Assembly: GCA_964016885.1 (NCBI GenBank)
Contig: OZ024744.1
Coordinates: 81,282,001-81,346,000, forward strand
Length of the DNA stretch: 64,000 nt
Direction: 5' to 3'
Source of the DNA: Eledone cirrhosa
Taxonomy: Eukaryota
The position numbers and the translations under genes are program-made. Positions within the stretch are counted from its first letter, which is position 1. Each line of letters starts with the position of its first letter. The notes under the pieces were generated by a model. That model saw only the letters and a program-made list of their open reading frames with translations. It had not been told where the DNA came from and searched no databases. Below, in pieces: positions 1 through 12,937 of this stretch.

Positions 1-478
1 GTATTCTGTAGTGGTACTTCTTAAAATCCTCTTTGACAACCCTCCTGCAAGTTTCTGTGGAGAGGCCCAATGATTGGCTTCTCCTTCGCACCTACTTTTT
101 AAGCTCTGTTCAACAAACTCTCAGATCATGTTGTTAACTTCCTGTGTACACTTCCTGGGCCATCCAGGGTGAACAGGACAGTCCTCAGACAGTGTATTGA
201 GGTTCACCATTGTCCCATAGGTCTGCAACTTTTTCACTCAGTTTTGTATATTGGCTTTGAAGGGAGATTTATCCGTACCCAAAAAATGCATGAAATTGCT
301 CCTGAACCTGCTTGTATGAGACACACAGAAAATCTGGTGCTGGAGCTCCCATTGGGGTCTTGTTGTCTTCTCAGACGTTGTATCTGCCATGTCCTGAAAT
401 TTAAGGTTGATCAGTTAGAAAATGAATATACAGTGACACAAAATGTGTGCTGGGTCATTTTTTTTTTTAGTTACTCTG
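1..478 (-). mobile_element. Decayed Tc1/mariner-superfamily transposon: left TIR plus transposase N-terminus (HTH, DUF4817-like); continues beyond window start
   Basis: Manual minus-strand translation from ATG ~390 gives ...GTDKSPFKANIQN*VKKLQTYGTMVNL...GWPRKCTQEV...EFVEQS, then after a frameshift VRRRSQSLGLSTETCRRVVKEDFKKYHYRI, typical of Tc1/Tc3-like HTH regions. Terminus reads TA|CAGAGTAACTAAAAAAAAAAATGACCCA on the minus strand at ~480. Confidence 0.75.
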
Positions 479-489
479 TATAAATGTGA

Positions 490-522
<33 letters not shown>

Positions 523-523
<1 letters not shown>

Positions 524-715
524 CGAAGGAGGTGTGGTGAGGAACCAGATGGACCATAACGCACCAGAGTACTCAATACTTAGGGTGCTAGAGTGGGTAA
601 TAGGAAAATGTTTGACCCCGACATCAGAGCTCAAGCGATTTGGACGGCTATTTCAGTCCAGAAATAGCCATCGAAACGGCTTGAGCTCTGCCGTCGGGGT
701 CAAACATTTTCCTAT
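523..715. mobile_element. Penelope-like pLTR remnant with terminal fold-back containing the 3' half of a hammerhead motif
   Basis: Inverted arms 600-654 and 661-715. Plus strand carries CGAAAC-GGC-ttgagctct-GCC-GTC at 672-695. Minus-strand GTATTGAGTAC motif is shared with the element at 26724. Flanked by (TA)n. Confidence 0.6.
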
Positions 716-739
716 ATATATATATATATATATATTTTA

Positions 740-1290
740 TGTTGGGTCACTCTTGAGTGCTACTGGCAACATGTAACCCAGTACAACTTGCCGCATGGTT
801 GGGTCATCGGCGACTAAACCGGCAACTCCACCAAGTTTACTTAGTTAGGAGGGTGATTTTGGACACCCTGCAGGACAAAAAGCAAAACCTTACAAAGGGT
901 GGAGGAACTCATAAGAGTCAATGGCCATCCAAAAATGTGTAAATATGTATATACATGTGTATGTATATATATATGTATATGCATGTATACATGTGTGTGT
1001 GTATATGCGCAGGTACATAGAAATAATCGGGCTGGATACCCGAACGTTCGGTTAAACCACTGGGAGTGAAAAACCCTTAGCCTTTGTCAGGGCATTCTTC
1101 TAGGAGAAGGCAACTCAGGAAACTGGGATAACTCCGACATAAAACCTGTGGCTCAGTAGTTACCGATGATGATGATCTTTTCTTCTTTTCGGGTTATAGC
1201 TACTGTCACTCAGAGAGTGGGATTGGCTCAGTGCACAGTCTTTCCTCACTTTAAAAAAAAATTCACACACAGGCATTGCATGATAACATT
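740..1290 (+). repeat. Interspersed repeat resembling an RTE-type LINE 5' UTR / RTE-related non-autonomous element, split by a microsatellite at ~940-1010
   Basis: Motifs 'ctaaaccggcaactccacc', 'ttctaggagaaggcaactc' and 'ggctcagtgcacagtctttcctcactttaaaa' resemble RTE 5' regions from memory; no ORF. Confidence 0.35.
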
Positions 1291-1359
1291 AATTGATAAT
1301 TATTAATAATGTTATATCTTGTTATATCACGCAATGGCCATACTGATAATGAGGGGGCA

Positions 1360-1402
<43 letters not shown>

Positions 1403-2395
1403 AAAAGAAGAAAAAAAAACTCCAACAAAAATTGTAAGTTTGGATATGGTGAATCTCTTCAAGGTTTCCACAGATGAAGCCCTGTTGATGGTTTAAGACA
1501 AACTGAAACCAGATCCTACAATGGGTGAACGTACTAGCATCCCAATAGAGAATATGAGAGATTTTGGCATTCTCTGTATAAGCAACAAACTTCCCAATTG
1601 GCAGTCTGACTTACACCAGCAGAAAGAAGGCATAACTATAGGTTTACTATTATTCCTAGTGACAATTATACCGATGATAGCAGCAGAAGCTGATAAAATA
1701 TACAAAACAAGACTAGGCTTGCTATGTACCCTATCCCATTCCATTATATAATCATCCTCATCACCACGATCCTCCACTGTTTGATGTCTATTTGCATGGG
1801 TTAGATGGGTTGTTACATATTGAGGCTAAGCAGGTCAGATGACCATGTCTTGCTTGTACACTGTTTTTGGCTTAGTTTCTATGTTTGGATGTCCTTTCAA
1901 TGCCAACCACTTTACCAAGTGTACTGGGTGCATTTACTCGCGGCTACCACTTTAGAAAGTGGAATTGGTATTTTTTTGACATGGCACCAGTACTACTACT
2001 ACTGGGAGGCCTGATGGGTACGTGTGTGCATCCATGTCTACTAATTATTTGTCTCGTAACTTAGCATTTTGACAAATAGAAATCGATAAAATAAGTGCCG
2101 GACTTTAAAAAAAAAAAAAAAAGTACTAAGGTTAATATGATTGACTAAAATCAAGGCATTATTCACCAGATTGGCTGCAGTGTAATGACTGGAACTAATA
2201 AAAGAATACATACAAATTTTCCACTATCAATTCAGTCATATATTTAGAATGTATACTGTACTACTAAATATTATAACTATCAATATCTGGAAGAATGGTA
2301 CAGCTATGTAACTTTGTTAAAGCATTTTTACGATATATCACGTAACTGATTACACTGTCCATATCAACTGATATTTTACTGTATTCGTCTTTGAG

Positions 2396-2434
<39 letters not shown>

Positions 2435-3781
2435 CGTATATATATACACACACACACACACATATATATGTTTGTTTAGTAATCATCAATTTTTTTAAAA
2501 TGTATTTCCCATCACAGCACTGGTTCCTGATATAACAGAGTGGACACAATATCAGCCAAAAATACAATCTGAACAAAAACAAAGTGACCTGGTTGGATAT
2601 TTTTGATGGTGCAATTAATGATAGTGGTGTACACACTCACACACACACACAATATAAGTCAATAAAAAAAATCAATGAATGACACTAGAGAAGAACCTGT
2701 TGCGAAAACAGTATGTTAACATAATGCTTAAAAGGAACTTATAAAAAGGATTTGACGTTTTGGACACTTGTCTTTCATCTGAAAAGAAAACACAGAAAAT
2801 AGAAATGATTTTTTTGAGAGAGAGAAAAAAAACATTAACGATGACTCCCCTCACTCCCCACCACAGAAAAACGGTAGGGATTGAGGAAACATGTATGTAA
2901 AGTTGCATCCACCCCAATCATTGTGGTGATTATTTTTGATGTACTACTTGCTGAGGACTTCTTTGTTCACAGCTGTTTTGGGGGGAGATTTTTTTTCACA
3001 TATCCCTGTTACACCCAACAATATTGAAGTGTTCTCTGCATTTCTCTGCCAAATGACATTGATATTTAACCCATTAGCATTTCAACTGATTGTAGCCATA
3101 CCAGAATTCTCTCACCTCTTTCTGTTCAAACCAGCCATAACTGGCTATTCATATTGATGTTAAGGTATTATCTCAAAATAAATAATATCAAAATCTCATA
3201 GATTCAATATTATGTGAAATAAAGCCTTTACCACAAAAATACAATAGATTATATATACAGTAATGTAAATATTAAAGGACAATCAGGCAGAGTGTTACAA
3301 ATCTAACAACAAATTTTTAAAAAACCATAGTATTTTCAACACTTCTGCACAATCAACTTAACAACCAGGAAGATACACAATATCACAAGATTGCGGTGTT
3401 CCTTTGTTATAACATCTATAGGTGAAGAATGTTTGGAATGCGCCATGCAAAGTTTGAAATAAAAATAGAAGCTTCACTGTAACATTGACTAAATAATAGT
3501 CAAATACTATATTACTATTATCTAGAAACACCAACTATAAAGGTTTGGCCATCTGGGGACATCTATGGTCTGCCAAGTATTCAAGGGAGAACTCCAATGC
3601 CAGAGAAAAAGAGGCCGACCACTAAAGAGATGACAAAATAATATTCGAGAAGACCTACAATTGCCATGTGTGGCTCATGAATGACTTGCATAGAATCAGG
3701 TCTAATTAGAGCAATGCATACATTGTTTAGTAGAGGAGCTAAATAGTTCTAGGCACAAATCATGATCAATATTAGGCTTAA

Positions 3782-3989
3782 CCCTTTAGCTTTTAAACCG
3801 ACTGTATCCGACCAGAACTCTCTCACTTCTTTCTGTTCAAACTGGCCATAACCAGCCACTCATATTTATGTTAAGGTTTTGTTCTCAAAATAAATAATAT
3901 CAAAATCTCCTAGATTCGATATTATGTGAGGTAAAGCCTTTACTGTGAAAATACAATAGTAAATATAGAGTAATGTAAATGCTAAAGGG
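3782..3989. mobile_element. ~210-bp MITE family A, TTAA-flanked (piggyBac-type)
   Basis: TTAA|CCCTTTAGC...GCTAAAGGG|TTAA. Other copies near 3070-3280, 21970-22170, 28170-28340, 29985-30176, 39773-40163, 41108-41262, 43621-43830, 48668-48785 and 49397-49616. Confidence 0.8.
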
Positions 3990-4062
3990 TTAAAGTAAAT
4001 CTTTGCAAGTGACATGCATATGGTATTTGACTCCCTTTGTATTTCTTGTATACCACTGATAC

Positions 4063-6180
4063 TGGTATAGCTGAATCGTTCGCTTTATAATCATGAGGCT
4101 CAGCGTTCGATCTCACTACATGACATCGGGCGCAAGAGTCATTTTCCACAGCCTCAGGTCAATCCCTGCATTCATCATCATCGTTTAACGTCTATTTTCC
4201 ACGCTAGCATGGGTTTAGACGAGTAGTTTTCCCACTTGAGGCAAGATTGGTTGTGCTGCTCGTATAGGACTGTCTGGCGGATTTCTACAGCTGGATGCCC
4301 TTCTTAACATCAACTACTTTTACAGTGTGGACTGGTTTTTACCGTGTTACCTACACGGTCACATTACAGCGTGGACTGTGTTTTTTTGTCGTGACACCTA
4401 CACAACCTCATTTGTTTAGGACTGGATGTTGTGATACCAACATAACTTTACAGAGAAAGGGGTGGTGTAGATGGGGTGGGGGTAGGGTTAGTGGGATGGG
4501 GGGGGGGGTGTTTTTGGTTAAGAGGTGCCTACTGACTGAAGGTTTTGCTTTGTACTTAGGCAAGGCGGGTCTTCTGTATTACTGTGTAGCGCCAAAGATC
4601 TCGGTCCACTGACATTGTCTTGGAGAGGTGTAAGTGTGTGAGGTCGGAATTTATCAAATCGTCCTAGGTTTTTCTGGGTCTACCTACTCCGTAACTTCCA
4701 TCTATTTTGATCGCTCTACACTTGTTTATACAACTGTCATCTTTCATGCGTATCACGTGACCATACCAACGTAGTCTTCTCTCAAGTAAACAGCATCTGA
4801 TACCTCTTATTCCTAATTTCTCACTTAGTTCATTTATGCTTTGCCGTTCACGTATATTACTATTACACATCCAACGGAGCATGCAAGCTTCGTTCCTCTC
4901 CAGTCTGCACAGATCCTCTGCACACAATGCCCATGTCTCACTGCCATGTAACATTGCTGTTCGCAGGCATCATACAGTCTGCCTTTCATTTTTAGGGACC
5001 TTTAGTGGCCAATAGTGTATAAGCTCTCTGAACTTTTTCCATCCCATTCTGACTAGCTACTGTACTTTCAGAGCACCCACCCTCACTGCTGATTTTGTCA
5101 CCCAGGTAACGGAAGGTGTCCACTATTTCTATAGAACCATCTGGGCAATGGAAGGAGCTAGTATTCCGTGGGCACTTGCTACTACTTATTGCACCTGAGC
5201 ACTGGCCACATATAAAATCTATATTCTTAGTTAGTTTACCTGTGATCCCACTACATCTTTTATGTACCCATGCTTTGCATTTTGGACATAAAATGGAGTT
5301 TCTGCCTACTCCTTTCCTACACACTGAGCATGGCCATTTCCCAGAGGGGACCAGTGCCCTATTTTCCTTCCTACATACTAGAACTTTAGTCTTAGACAAG
5401 TTAATTTTAAGGCCTTTTGACACTTTTTGACACCAAGTTTGGAATTTCTTCTCTAGTTCAGCCATTGATTCAGCTATGAGCGTTAGATCATCTGCGTATA
5501 GAAGTTCCCATGGGCAGCTGGTCTTGAACTCCTGTTATAGCCTGAAGGGCAATAATAAATAGGAGGGCGTTAAGGACAGATCCCTGATGAACACCACTTT
5601 TATGCTAAATTCTTCACTATATTCGTTGTTAATTCTAACCTTCCTGACTGTTTCTTTATACATGGCTTGTATAGCTCTCACGAGCCATTCATCAACACCT
5701 AATTTTCTAAGAGCCCACCAGATAATGGAGCGGGGGGGACTTTGTCAAAGGCTTTCTCCAAGTCAACAAAAGCTAAGTATAGGGGTTTACTTTTAACTAG
5801 GTACTTCTCCTGTAGTTGTCGTAAAAGGAAAAGAGCGTGTGTGGTACTTTTACCCGACACAAACCCAAACTGCATTTCATCTAGATCAATTCGCTCTCTG
5901 ATTAGTTGTGCTATAACTTTTTCTGTGACCTTCATGACCTGGTCAATTAATTTAATGCCGTTTTGTGAATGAAATTGCATTGGTAGAAACTAAAAATCTG
6001 TCAGATGGATTGTGCCTGCAATTCAAAGATTCACCCTTGTCACACACTGTGTCAGGCTGATTCGGCTTGGGAGTTACATTAAGAATACACATGTTGATGA
6101 AATATTCAGCCACTAACATCTCTTTCAAGTTGACTCCAGAGTTGGATGATCAAACAATGAATACTCATTATTGAACTAAC
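4063..6180 (+). mobile_element. tRNA-type SINE (family 1) split by the RTE insertion: 5' part 4063-4172, 3' part ~5961-6180
   Basis: B-box-like 'cgttcgatctc' and 'ttccacagcctcaggtcaatccctgc' on the left; body resumes as 'ttttgtgaatgaaattgcattggtagaaact' right of the LINE. Related copies at ~17265-17410, 29625-29720, 38920-39065, 41320-41480, 52110-52230 and 62145-62275. Confidence 0.6.
4173..5960 (-). mobile_element. 5'-truncated RTE-clade LINE (RT pseudogene with C-terminal Cys/His finger and 3' UTR)
   Basis: ORF pieces QFGFVSGKSTTHALFLLRQLQEKY..AFVDLEKAFDKVP; YADD codons at ~5488-5499; WPCSVCRKGVGRNSILCPKCKAWVHKRC; MLHGSETW..RRLRWYGHV..GRPRKT. Ends in an (ATG)n tail. Frameshifts present. 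Confidence 0.92.
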
Positions 6181-6639
6181 AGAGAATACATCATACTACA
6201 GAGAAATAAAAGACAAAGTTAACTGGGTGAACTTTGACAGAGTATCACAATTCCAAACAACATTTAGCTCAGTACTTAATGTCGATTGTTAATATTTCAT
6301 ATGGTCACTTGTTTTGAGGGTAGAGATTATAAATTAAATCAACTCTGTACTTGACTGGTACTTTATGACTTCCAGAACATAAAGGACACTTAACTAAATA
6401 TCACGAGACATTTTGTCTGACAATCTAATACCGTTAACAATTAATAAAGGTTTCTAATTTAGGCAAAAAGACTAGCAAATTTGAGTGAAGGTCAAAAGTG
6501 ATCACATCAACTCCAGTGCTTAACTGGTATTTTATTCACCTTAGAAGGATATGAGTCAAAGTTGACCTTGACCGTGGCAGGACTTGAACTGAGACTGTAT
6601 AAAATTGTAACTAAATACTACAAAACATTTTGTCCAATG

Positions 6640-6942
6640 CTCTAGGGTCTTTGGACTAATGTTACTCAGAGTGAGAAGCTTGGAGATCAGAGAGTCACTC
6701 CAGGTAGAGCCACTACTTCTCCAAATTGAGAGATCACAGCTACAATACTATGGACATGTGGTTAGAATGTCTCAGGAAAGAATCACTGGATAGATTTTAC
6801 AGGCTAAACCAACTGGTAGGAGACCCATGGATAGACACTGAGCATGGAAATGGTTGCTTCTGACAAGACCCAAAGGAAAGGTTGTTAGAGGACTCTACCC
6901 TACAACCCTCTCAGGAATAAGTGGGCAAAGGGAGAAGAAGAA
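6640..6942 (+). mobile_element. 3' fragment of a second RTE-clade LINE family (Expander/Rex3-like)
   Basis: Same family as 20405-20815 (-), 21665-21890 (+) and 41930-42350 (-), which encode EIRESLQ..LLLRIERSQLQYYGHVVR..RRPRGRPRARWLD. (GAA)n tail. Confidence 0.75.
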
Positions 6943-7759
6943 GCTCTAATATTACTGCCAATTAATATTAAAATTTATTTCTAATATAGACACATGGCTA
7001 AACATACTGAAAGAGATCTAGTGGATTAAACTGAGACCCCCCCACCCCCACCCCCATAATAGATTATTAGTATTTATTTTATTGACCTTCAAAGAATTAA
7101 AAGTTAAATCAACCAAAACATGAGAAGGGCGCGTTAAGAAATGTAAAGGATTTTGTTGGATATTCAACCATTTCTGTTTCTTCAAATAATTTAGAGAGAG
7201 AGAGAAAGAGAGAGAGATAGAGAGGGAGAAATAGGTGGGGGGGGGTCTTCAGGTGCCACAGGGGAGATGAAGCCAATGATCTGCATGCAGGAGCGTGTCA
7301 AACTGACTGGTATTATATCAGGCTCGCAGGTCCAACTGACCAATTGGCATTCTAATCTAATCAGGTGACCAAAACATTCTACATATATCAGTGAGCTCTG
7401 AACTAAATGATAATAAACACTAGAAGTTGAAGAAAATGATTTGACAGCCATTTTAAAAACTGATATGAATAATTATTATATTCTATGATAATAATTTTAT
7501 GTTGCATCAGTTTTAGAGTATAGAATAAGCTTTTAAGTTAAAAACAGGCAGCTGGCCATAGAGCAGATGGCAAGAAGCCAAAAATCAATAATTTCATTGT
7601 CTGTTTAGTCCTTATCAGTAATTGTTGATTAATCTGATAATACTTTTAAAGTAATATCTAAAAATAGGAGATTTCTTTGACAATGGTAAAAGAATATTTT
7701 GAGAAAGTGAGATGATTTTTTGCTCTAATTATGCAAATCCCAAGCAATAATAATAATGA

Positions 7760-7966
7760 TAATGATTTCTACTATAGGCACAAGACCAGCAACTGGAGGG
7801 GGGAGAAAGTCGATTAAATTGATCTCAGTCGTGCTTTATTTTATCAACCCCATAAGGATGAAAGGCAAAGTAAACCTGGGCAGGACTGAACTCAGACTGT
7901 AAAGGGCCCTAAATTCTATGCCACAAAACATGTCCGACGTTCTACCGATTCTGCCAATCCACCGCC
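7760..7966 (-). mobile_element. tRNA-type SINE (family 2), older copy
   Basis: Minus strand starts GGCGGTGGATTGGCAG; B-box GAGTTCAGTCC; core 'tttgcctttcatccttatggggttgataaaataaag'; (ATT)n tail. Older copies also near 6230-6640, 37665-37830, 42970-43125, 48235-48450, 51880-52105 and 62611-62815. Confidence 0.75.
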
Positions 7967-8319
7967 CTTAATAATAATAACAATAGTTTCTCATTTAGGC
8001 ACAAGGCCAACAACAGTTTATCCCTCTTTCTTATACACAGTTTCACTCTCAACTTGCCCGTCCTTGGTCATTCACACACATTGACATTGCACATCCAACG
8101 GAGCATGCTTGCTTCATTTCTCTCCAGCCGTCGCATATCCCCCGCAGTTGCTGCCCATGTCTCACTACCATGCAGCATCACACATCATATAACTGGCCTT
8201 TCATTCATAAGGAGGAAGCAACTCCCTAAACTTCTTTCAGCCTGTCCTTATTCTAGATACTATGGCCTCAGAACACATTCCTCCCTTGCTAATCGACAAC
8301 TCAAATGATACTGAGCCAA

Positions 8320-8660
8320 ATGATAGGGTTGTTGAGAAAATGAGAAAGAATATACATCAGACACTTAAATTCGAAATAATGCAGGTTTGAGAAATGAAGT
8401 TGTTCCAGTTTGAGAGGAAGTTATTCCAGTTGTTATTAGCGGGCTCTCAGTGTGGTATTGAAAACAGACAATCCAAAATTGGTTTTGAAAGATTAATGTG
8501 GAAATTCAGACAGAGTTGCTGCAAAAGACCTTGTTCTAAGGAACAGCCAGAATTTTGAGAAGGACACTACTTCAAACATAATAATGAGGGTGATCTGTAG
8601 GACCCTTGGTCATTTGTTATGACTCGCTCTTGTAAGTTAATTTTGACGCCATAAGATCTG
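8320..8660 (+). mobile_element. Old R4/Dong-like LINE 3' end (RLE C-terminus)
   Basis: Degenerate translation ..QTLKFEIMQV..PVVI..ELLQKTLF*GTARILRRTL matches the C-terminal pattern of R4-clade elements. Confidence 0.5.
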
Positions 8661-8869
8661 CCTGAGTTTGTCAATCAATGTAAATCCCATTTCATCAACA
8701 AAGAAACTTGCCTTTTCCTTTAAATCCAATGTCCTGACATCTAATAAATATTAACCGCATCTGTCAGACATTATCCATTAATGATAAACTTAACCATGCA
8801 TTCCAATAAAAATATCACAATAGAGTAACATTTTATAAGATGGGGATTTACTACTTTTGTGAGACAGGA

Positions 8870-9660
8870 AGTTAAAGTTTTAACTAGAGTTAGTGCAGAT
8901 TTTATTAAAGGTGATGTCACAGGACTGAGATCTCTGGCGTTATGCGGTAATACAGAAGATCTGACTTCCCACAGGCACAGGCCGAAGCTGAAGCGTATAT
9001 TCAGTATACACAACCTCATCCCACCCTCCCATATCTCTCATGAGGACAGGCCAAAACACTGTAAAGTGGTCCTGATGGTGACAGTATAAAGCACCCAATC
9101 CACACTGTGGTTGTGTAGGTGTCACAAAAAAAAAAGGCACCAGTACTCACTGTAAATGAGGTTAGCATTAGGAAGGGTTCCAACTGTAGAAACCAAGACA
9201 AAATCATTTCTGTATGAGAAAGACATGGTCACCTGACGTAACATTGCCCACAAGACAACTTGTCTAACCCATGCTAGCGTGGAGAAATGGACATAAAACG
9301 ATGATAGTATTAGTTTGGGTTGGTGTTAAAACTCGACATTACAGCTGCCATATTTGTAGTTGTAAACAAAAAAATAAGCAAATATACTCTCACTGCAAGG
9401 TGGTCGTGGAGGTGCCATCGCAAAAAAGCACCCAGCCTACACTGTAAAGTGGACATGTAGGCGCCATGGAAAAAGCACACAGCACTCACTGTAAATGAGC
9501 TTGGTGTTAGGAAGGGCATCCAGCTGTAGAAATCAAGCCAAAATCAGTTCCTGTATGAGCAAGGCATGGTCAGCCGACCAGACACTGCCCACAACAGGAC
9601 AACCCGTCTAACCCATGCTAGCATGGAAGAATGGACGTAAAACGGTGATGATGATGATGA
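8870..9660 (+). mobile_element. Two tandem RTE 3'-UTR fragments (family of 4173-5960)
   Basis: Each carries 'ttaggaaggg..tcca.ctgtagaaa' and 'ctaacccatgctagc.tgga' and ends in a (GAT)n tail (~9305 and ~9660). Confidence 0.7.
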
Positions 9661-10049
9661 CTATTTATTTCACTGCAAATAATATCTAAAAAGGTGCATC
9701 AAACAGTTAATGAAAAGTAAATGTGAAAATATTGCTTGAGAAACTGTCGAACTAAGGTCCAAGTATGATTAACAAATTTGTGAAAAGTGGAAACTTAATT
9801 GGAAATAAACCAGAGATACATTTTTTAATCCAAATACTAAAAGCAGAATTCAAAAGTGAAAGTCTATGATACCCTTTTTATTAAGTTTCAGCCACTAAAG
9901 AATAAAGATAAAGCAAAAGGTGCAGGCATAGCTATCTGGTTTTAGGTTCAATCCCAATGCACAACATTTTGAACAAGTAAGTATTTTTATCGTTGTTTAT
10001 ATTTGGTTGACCAAAAACTTTCTGACTGAGCAGCAACCTTACAACTTTC

Positions 10050-10395
10050 TGCATCTATATTGATCTCTCCAATGTGAGTACCAGAAACTCCTTCCAAATG
10101 TTGTGATTGCCTTGCCTATTCTAACATTGATCTCTTCATCTAAAGATGCTGATGATGTATGTTATAATAGAACCAAAGTAGAAAAACTTAACTGTTACCA
10201 ATGGGCATCTATCCAAGGTGATGTAAATAGGAGCAGTACTTCCTTGTGATAGGATAACTGTCTTCTGTATGCTGATCTCTAGTGATAAGTCTTTGTATGC
10301 CAAAGAAAACTTGTCAATAATTTCTTGTAACATTGATTCATTGTGAGCAATTATTGCTATAACATCAGCATCAACAAAAAGCAGATTCTGAATAG
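10050..10395 (-). mobile_element. Old RTE-type LINE RT fragment
   Basis: LFVDADVIAIIAHNES-MLQEIIDKFSLAYKDLSLEISIQKTVIL..KFFYFGSII..RIGKA corresponds to RT motifs 5-7. Confidence 0.65.
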
Positions 10396-11224
10396 TGGAT
10401 GGTTAAATTATATCAAATGCAAGCTGAATAGTATTATACTTAAATCAATTATACTCATTTTCAATTAAATTATTATAAATTGAATTAAAATAAAATTTAA
10501 TGGCAATGCATATTATAAATTAACCATTCTATTATAATTAAGCTAGGATTATAATTTATATAGCAGAATATTAGTTAAGTCAATGCTACCTCTGGTTAGC
10601 ACACGATCAATCCAATTAATGTTAGTTACACTCACTTCTAATTAATTAAACTACATGACATTAATTTATATTAAGTCAAATTATATTAATTGGAAGAGAA
10701 CTGAGATTTGACATCAATCTTATTCATCCCATATTAAATGAACGCAACATAAAGTAAATAAAAAATTTATAGTTATAAGCAAGATAGGCTTGCTATATTA
10801 TTAGCCTGTAGTATGGTAATGATGGATACAATTTTAATGATTAAGGTTGTGAGATAAGTTAAGTTGGGTCAAAGAAAATGTATTATGTTAGAAGGAACAT
10901 GTATTATGGAACAAAATATAGATATTACCCTTGTAAGACAAATAATTTTAATTTAAATTACAAAATACACAATACAAAACATATTTGAATCTATATATTA
11001 TATGAAGTAAGAACAAAGAAAGGGGGCTTGTACATTTGTTGCTAAATAAACTACTGCAAATATGCAGCAAAAACAATCTCTCAAACAATGGTTTCTGTCA
11101 GGAATTAAGACTATTTTCTCTTGAGACTTCTGATTGTTTATATGTGTAATTAAATATAGAACCTGGATTTAGTATGTCTAATATTGTACAACTAAAAACA
11201 TGCAATTACAATGTCAATCTATTT

Positions 11225-11945
11225 CTTGTAGGGATTTTGTAATAGGAATAATCCCTCTGGAGTACATTTGTTGAAAGTCATCATCACCACCACCACTGTT
11301 TAACATCTCCTTTCCATACATGCAAGAGATAGCAAGTTCTGAGGCTAGACAAATCAGGTAGGTGGCCATAACTTGCACACATGAGCAAGATGTGAAAGTC
11401 TGCAATGGATGCATTTTCATACTGTTAAAACAGTTTTACATGATATTTTGACTTGTTTATTACACATATTAATGTCTAGGTTTGGCTCAACTTAGATAAT
11501 AACACCTACCATTACTTATAGACATCTCATCCACTCATTATCATTACTAAGTAAATTGTGTTTACCATGTTCTTCTATGTATTGCATGCATTTGTATAAC
11601 GCACATCCCCTTTTGAACAGAAAAATGTCTGGAAAAGCCTAGTTTTGGTGTATAACAGTTAGTTATGGTGTATACCATGGACCGCACCAAAACAAACAAG
11701 GAAAAAAGTGAAAAAAAAAACTGCACAGCCTACACAGAAGGGTATGGTATCTGCTGCTTTCTCGAATGTTTCAAATATTTCATATTCAACTGTTAGATTT
11801 TCAAAACTTGTGGTACCTGGCATATTCAGGTATACAAAGATGAAAGATGAAACCTTTTGGCACCCAATAGGCTGACAACTTCCTGGTATTATTTTATTGG
11901 CGCCTTTCTTCTTACTTTTCCATTGACATGTTCATCCTCATCATT
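11225..11945 (-). pseudogene. Decayed Helitron RepHel (Rep-helicase) fragments, interrupted by a small insert
   Basis: Manual translation: RFHL..YLNMPGTTSFENLTVEYEIFETFEKAA (~11750-11860), HNLLSNDNEWMRCL (~11520-11560) and GKEMLNSGGGDDDFQQ (ORF 11214-11420). These resemble RepHel GxTSFxDL..TF.EA, LLxxDxEW and GGDFRQ motifs, in the correct order. Confidence 0.6.
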
Positions 11946-11974
11946 CTTTTAGTGTCTGTTAATACCATATACAG

Positions 11975-12210
11975 AAGGCACATGGTCTAGTGATTGGGGT
12001 GTGTAGTGTGTTCTTGAGCAAGACACTGCATTTTGCATTGCTCCTGTATACTCAGCTGATAATGAGTGCCAATAGTAGCTGGATGTTTAATGCTGCAATG
12101 GACTGGCTTCCTGTACAGAGAGACATCTTGTATTCTCAGTCGCTTAATGTCAAAGAAATCAAGATAAACACCGACCTAATGAGCTTCCAGGCTTGGGATA
12201 GACTTTAGAC
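11975..12210 (+). mobile_element. tRNA-type SINE (family 3), internally deleted
   Basis: Homologous to the 20045-20316 copy: 'ttcttgagcaagacac', 'actcagctga' and 'ctgcaatggactgg'. Confidence 0.6.
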
Positions 12211-12693
12211 AGTTAATACTATATCATCACATTGAAAACATAAACATATTGTATTTCAGTATCAAGAAATTGTTTCACCTGTTCATTTTCATTTAGTTTA
12301 GTTTAAACCATGCTGGTTTTTTTTTTTTTTCTTGTTTGAGTTCTGTCTAGAGTATTTTGTTAATTACCCTCATTAATGTACACCAACTGCTCTTGATACA
12401 CAGATAACCTTATCACTGAATATGACATATCATACATTTTGTTTTCTCTACATTGCTTCTGAAGCACTCACATATCAGTTACTTAAATATCTAGCTGATT
12501 TATCATAAACATGAATAGTTGATGTTTAATCTAATCAATCTTGGCATTCTGTATAATCTTATTCAATTTTTTTCATATTTCTTCTGGGGGTTAAAAGTCC
12601 TTTTCTTCTTGCAAACCTCCTCTTTTTTTTTCTTTGGTATTTCTTCATTTTTCTTCTCTTAGTGATGTACTACATCTTTTTACACATTCTCAA

Positions 12694-12937
12694 TCCTTTT
12701 GATACCAAACCACCTCTTGTTATATGATCATAGCTATTTATTTTAAAAGTGTTTATATTTGTCTAAAAACTTTCTTCCATCATAACTTTATCTAGGAATC
12801 TTTAAGTTATGTTCCAAACACCAGCTAAAATAATGAGAAAGTTATCACTATTTCCCACCTAATTATTGATTATTTAAAAAAAAAATTTTTGAAAACAATA
12901 GACAGTGTTTTTTCTTAAAGATATGCTAACAAAAGGG
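12694..12937. mobile_element. ~240-bp MITE family B (TIR CCCTTTTG(A/T)TACCA, TTAA-type ends)
   Basis: Ends 'tccttttgatacca' and 'tgctaacaaaaggg|ttaa'. Copies near 13410-13650, 36940-37180, 40515-40744, 44676-44899, 46916-47130, 50620-50815 and 57242-57477. Confidence 0.65.

Noticed and set aside
1330-1500. Degenerate TTGAAGA-gat..atc-CAAAC on the minus strand near a repeat end shared with 22348-22385
   Set aside because: May be another PLE remnant, but the core and stems are too decayed to call.
2700-2780. Candidate exons with plausible splice sites (2780 minus acceptor; also 29427-29464 +, 42840-42895 - and 48497-48552 +)
   Set aside because: Short, on inconsistent strands, with no recognisable protein similarity; needs RNA-seq.
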